Part shown: positions 59,210 through 64,000 of the stretch, one piece after another | Layout: each line of letters opens with the position of its first letter | Position numbering within the stretch: position 1 is the first letter of the stretch | NCBI GenBank assembly: GCA_963806855.1 | Contig: CAWDYW010000003.1 | Span: 576,001 to 640,000, forward strand | Direction of reading: 5' to 3' | Origin: an uncultured Verrucomicrobiae bacterium | GTDB taxonomy: Bacteria > Chlamydiota > Chlamydiia > Chlamydiales > Rhabdochlamydiaceae | DNA: 64,000 nt | The notes under the pieces: generated by a model | What the model was told of the DNA's origin: nothing | Database searches by the model: none | The model's input: only the letters and a program-made list of their open reading frames with translations | Program-made: the position numbers and the translations under genes

Positions 59210-61550
59210 ATGTCCATCACAGATGATGAGTTGCAGAAAATCGATGCCTATTGGCGGGCGGCCAACTATTTGTCGGTTGGACAAATTTATCTCTATGACA
59301 ATCCGCTATTAAAAGAGCCTCTCCAATTAAAGCATATCAAACCCCGACTGCTCGGCCATTGGGGAACGACGCCGGGCCTTAGTTTTATCTATGCCCATCT
59401 CAATCGGATCATCAAGAAATACGATCTCAATATGATCTATGTCACCGGTCCTGGCCATGGCGGTCCGGCGCTGGTTGCCAACACGTATTTGGAGGGGACC
59501 TATAGCGAGTTTTACCCTCAAGTTTCCCAAGATGAGCTGGGGATGAAGCTGCTCTTTAAGCAGTTCTCGTTTCCTGGGGGGATTCCCAGCCATGTTGCCG
59601 CTGAAACTCCCGGTTCGATCAATGAGGGTGGCGAGCTCGGCTATAGTTTGGCCCATGCTTTTGGAGCTGCTTTTGACAATCCTGATCTGATTGTCACTTG
59701 TGTGATTGGGGATGGGGAGGCTGAGACGGGGGCGCTGGCGACGAGCTGGCATTCGAATAAGTTCTTAAATCCGGCCCGCGATGGGGCGGTCTTGCCGATT
59801 CTCCATCTCAATGGGTATAAAATCGCCGAACCGACGGTGCTAGCGCGCATTAGCCGCGAGGAACTGACCGAGCTGCTCATCGGCTATGGGTATTGTCCCT
59901 ATTTTGTCGAAGGGGATGAGCCGATGCAGGTGCATCAGCAATTGGCGCTCACGCTCGATGTTGTGGTAGCCGAAATCCAAGCGATCCAAGCCGATGCTAG
60001 AGCTCACGGCTTTACCAAACGGCCCCCTTGGCCCATGATTGTCCTTCAGACGCCGAAAGGGTGGACGGGACCGAAAATGGTCGATGGGGTCCAGATCGAG
60101 GGGACCTTCCGAGCACACCAAGTGCCTCTGCTCGATTTTAAGAAATATCCGGAGCATGTCCAAATTCTCGAAAAGTGGATGAAGAGCTATCGCCCGGAAG
60201 AGCTGTTTGACGAGTAGGGGAAGGCTCTATCCGGAACTTGCTGAATTGGCGCCTAAGGGGGAGCGGCGGATGGGAGCGAATCCGCACGCAAATGGGGGGC
60301 TGCTGCTTAAAGATCTGCAGCTGCCCGATTTTCGACAATATGCGGTCGATGTTTCCAAACCGGGCAGCGTGATTGCTGAAGCGACTAATATCTTCGGGAT
60401 TTATCTTCGCGATGTGATGAAACTCAACTGGGATGAGCGAAATTTCCGTGTCTTTGGCCCTGATGAGGTCGATTCAAATCGGCTCGGCCATCTATTCGAT
60501 ATTACAGATCGAACTTCGACAGCCAAAATCTTGCAAAGCGACGATCATATCGCAGCCGATGGAAGGGTCATGGAAGTGCTCAGTGAGCATCTCTGCGAAG
60601 GGTGGTTGGAAGGGTATCTGCTCACCGGCCGGCATGGATTATTCACCTGCTATGAAGCTTTCATCCATATCATCGACTCGATGTTTAATCAGCATGCTAA
60701 ATGGTTAAAGGTTGCTAATGAGATTCCTTGGCGCAAACCGATAGCCTCACTCAATTATCTGCTCACTTCGCTCGTTTGGCGGCAAGACCACAATGGATTT
60801 AGCCACCAAGATCCGGGCTTTATCGATTATGTAGTCAACAAGAAGGCCAGTATCATCCGTGTCTATCTTCCTCCCGATGCCAACACCCTCCTTTCAGTGG
60901 GAGCCCATTGTCTGAAGAGCCGCAATTACATCAATTTGATTGTCGCTGGGAAACAACCGGCGTCTCAATGGTTCGATATTGAGGCGGCTGCAGAGCACTG
61001 CAAAAAAGGTTTAGGCATATGGCAGTGGGCTAGCTGCAGCGGGGAGCCCGATCTGGTGATGGCCTGCGCTGGCGATGTGCCGACGCTCGAGACTTTGGCA
61101 GCCGTCACCCTCCTGCGCGACTATTTCCCTCAGCTAAAAGTGCGTGTTGTCAATGTGGTCGACCTCATGACGCTGATGCCACCCAGCGCCCATCCTCATG
61201 GTGTAACCGATGAGGAATTCGACGCCCTGTTTACCAAAGATAAGCCGGTGGTTTTTGCTTTCCACGGCTACCCCACCTTAATCCATCGTCTCACATATCG
61301 ACGGACCAATCATGCACAAATCCATGTGCATGGCTATAAAGAGGAGGGGACGACAACGACTCCATTTGACATGGTTGTGTTGAATGAGCTCGATCGGTTC
61401 CATCTCGTTTTGGCCGCGATGAAATGGCTCGGTTTGGACGGGGGAGTAAAGGCTAAGTTAGAGAAAAAGCTAGAGGAGCATAGGACCTACATCCATCAAT
61501 TCGGGGAGGATATGCCCGAGATCCAAAATTGGAAGTGGCTTGCAAACTAA
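59210..61550 (+). CDS. xfp: Xylulose-5-P/fructose-6-P phosphoketolase (frameshift near 60212)
   Basis: [58 protein letters not shown]. Confidence 0.95.
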
Positions 61551-61602
61551 GTGCCGGCCCATGCCCGAAAAAAAGGTTGGCAGGGCAGGGACGGGCACGT
61601 TA

Positions 61603-62686
61603 TTATTTGATGATTTCGCCGGTGATGAAGCGGTAGACGAAACAGTTGTCTTGCTTTTGCAGCTCCTCTTCCAGGCCATGATCCCGTTTGAAATGGGGAA
61701 GGAATGGCTTGGGGAGCTGGTGCCCGGAAAGGAATTGTCTCATGCAGAAACGGGCGCCTGGCTTTGCGGTCTTAAAAATCGCTTGGATCAGCCGCTCAAA
61801 ATCTGGAGCTGTCAAGTAGGAGGCGACATCGGAAACGGAGAATCGATCAAATTTTTCTTCCTCGATCGATTCCAGGTAGTCGACGAAGTTGGCTGTTTTG
61901 CTGGTGAGTCGATTTAACCGAGAGCGGATCCGTTTTGTCCCACGTTCGAGCAGGTGAGGGGAAAAGGCTTCCTTTTCTACTTTGCCTTTGAGCAGTAGCG
62001 AGAGGAGGGGACTCTTTTTAGCTAGATGCCGATTTAAATAAGCGTTTAGTCGCTGATGAATGTAAAGACCTGGGCTAAAAGAGGAATCCACTGAGAGATA
62101 TAACCCAGGATCTTTAACAAATAGGCGAGAGAGGACGGGGTTTAATGCGAGTTCGAGCGATTTCTTCCACGAAGGGGTTTCCCATTCGGAGTTGACAAAA
62201 GCTCTCTGCTGCTCGAGGTCGTCAAAGGCAAATAACTCATCCACTTTTGATCCTCGGAGCGTTCGGATCGCTTTGGAAACCCAAAAGAGTAATCGCTCGA
62301 CCGTTCCTTGATAGATGACCCCATTTGTAATCAGTTTGCTCTGCTTGGTCCAATAGTCTTTGGTATCGGGGGGGAGCTGGTCTACGATTTTTTGAAATAA
62401 GTGCTGCCGATTGGGGTGGTCGTGGATCCCCATAAACGCGAGATAATCTTCGTAGTCAAATTCGGCGATAGCAGCGCTTTTGAGGCTGCAGTAGGTGGTT
62501 CTGAATTGGATTGGCATCGATCGCCAGAATCTCTTTACAATCAGAGGTGAGGAGATTGAGCGGCCGATCGCCACTGGCCGTGATGCAAATGACCGAATCA
62601 TTAGGAGAAATCTGCAGCGCCCGCTGCTCAGTCAACCAATCTTCATTGCCAAAACTATAACTAAGTCTCTCGAAAAAATTCGCCAT
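61603..62686 (-). CDS. DUF3419 (BtaA-like) SAM-dependent protein (frameshift near 62500)
   Basis: YSFGNED, ITASGD..LNLL, IDANPIQ, FSVSDVASY, KPGARFCMR, FVY. Confidence 0.75.
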
Positions 62687-62755
62687 TGATTCCTTACCTT
62701 ATCTGGATATATCCTTGGGTAAGAAATTAATATCAACAAATTTTTTTAAATTCTT

Positions 62756-63946
62756 ATGACCCATACTTCTAAGAAACCTCAATTTTTGATTCTGATCTTC
62801 CTCGTCTCCTTCGGGTCAGTTAGTGCCGTTCTGTTTACCCCAGCCCTCCCGAGCATTCAATCCTTCTTTGGGGTCTCTGTTGGTGCGGCGCAATTGACGA
62901 TTACCGCTTATCTAATTGGGTATGCTCTGGGTCAACTTCCCTATGGCCCGCTGGCGAATCGGTTCGGCAGGAAAAAGGCGCTCTATATAGGGATGTGGCT
63001 CGCGGTCATCGGCTCCTTGCTGTGCGCCCTCTCTGCCCCTTTGAAATCGTTCGAGCTATTAGTGGCGGCCCGATTTTTACAAGCTCTGGGTGCTTGTGTC
63101 GGCCTGAAGGTCAGCTTTACGATGATCGCCGATGTCTATGACCAGACTCAGGCGACAAAAAAGATCTCCCGCATCCTCCTCTCATTTGCGATCATGCCGG
63201 GAGTTGCGATTGCGATTGGTGGGTGGCTGACCCAATATTTCGTATGGGAGAGTTGTTTTTATTTTCTCGCTATTTTAGCTCTTCTGATGCTCTTGCTCAC
63301 AATGCGTCTGCCTGAGACTGCTCACTCTCTTGACCCCCACGCACTCAAAGCGAGTTCGATCATCCATGGCTATGGGTTGAAGTTTAAGAATGAGCGGATT
63401 GTGATCAGCGGGCTGATGCTCGGGTGCTGCTCTGCAATCGTCTATATCTTCGCCGCTAAAGCCCCTTTTATCGGAATGAACTTGATCGGATTAGAGCCGG
63501 TACGTTTCGGACTCTACAACCTGATCCCTTTGATTGGGATGGTGCTTGGAACGATTCTGTCTGTCAAACTCGCTGGCAAATTCGAGGTGCTCAATCTCCT
63601 ATTCATCGGAATGATCGCCGCCTTCATCGTGACTTTTACGATGCTCGTTCCCTTTGCCTTTGGGTTGCTCAATCCATTGACCCTTTTTTGTCCGATGGTG
63701 CTCATCTATTTGGGTGAAACGATCGTCTATGCCAATGCTTCTTCTTTAGGGTTGGCCCATGCCAAAAATAAGTCAATTGGCTCGGCAGTGATCAATTTCA
63801 TCAATTTGAGCGGCACGGTTGTCGCTGTTCTCATCGTAGAATTCCTCTATCCCGAATCGCCGCTTCTAATGCCTCTGAGCTTCCTCGTTGCCTTCTGCCT
63901 GATGCTGCTTCTGTGGCTGCGACTGAAAAAGTTAGCAGTCTCTTAA
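62756..63946 (+). CDS. MFS transporter, Bcr/CflA (DHA1) drug-efflux family
   Basis: FTPALPSI, GQLPYGPLANRFGRK (motif A), RFLQALG, LPET; about 12 TM segments. Confidence 0.9.
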   Translation: MTHTSKKPQFLILIFLVSFGSVSAVLFTPALPSIQSFFGVSVGAAQLTITAYLIGYALGQLPYGPLANRFGRKKALYIGMWLAVIGSLLCALSAPLKSFELLVAARFLQALGACVGLKVSFTMIADVYDQTQATKKISRILLSFAIMPGVAIAIGGWLTQYFVWESCFYFLAILALLMLLLTMRLPETAHSLDPHALKASSIIHGYGLKFKNERIVISGLMLGCCSAIVYIFAAKAPFIGMNLIGLEPVRFGLYNLIPLIGMVLGTILSVKLAGKFEVLNLLFIGMIAAFIVTFTMLVPFAFGLLNPLTLFCPMVLIYLGETIVYANASSLGLAHAKNKSIGSAVINFINLSGTVVAVLIVEFLYPESPLLMPLSFLVAFCLMLLLWLRLKKLAVS

Positions 63947-64000
63947 GTTGCTGATAATCAGTTAAGCTTCGGCTTAAGTCCTTTTTTCTGCAAAAATGAA

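Overview
This is a chromosomal segment from an environmental (non-Chlamydiaceae) member of Chlamydiota. The evidence is Chlamydia-like gene order (coiled-coil hypothetical-rsfS-fabF-NUDIX; cysS-lysS-priA; ftsY-sucCD; htrA-M16 peptidase; nrdBA-pssA-rmuC; SH3 protein-SWIM protein-phoH), a class Ic (Mn/Fe) NrdB, and Cys-rich MOMP-like porins. Many essential genes are split by single indels, most densely in nrdAB at 37.7-41 kb. This fits long-read consensus error better than real pseudogenes. Accessory content lies between the core blocks: a tandemly amplified array of small membrane proteins, a glycosyltransferase with a long N-terminal extension, a degenerate mitochondrial-carrier-like protein, umuDC, a RelE/HTH toxin-antitoxin pair carrying an in-frame palindromic element, an IS982-derived element carrying a GMC oxidoreductase and an outer-membrane protein, three tandem porins, Ku, phosphoketolase and a DUF3419 gene. 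The best leads are (1) a upp-udk pyrimidine-salvage operon in which both normally cytoplasmic enzymes carry apparent Sec signal peptides, (2) LysRS fused to a B3/4 editing-type domain, (3) the mitochondrial-carrier-like protein, and (4) a recurrent leaderless-promoter layout. I saw no rRNA, tRNA or CRISPR array. All calls come from motif recognition only; no searches were run.
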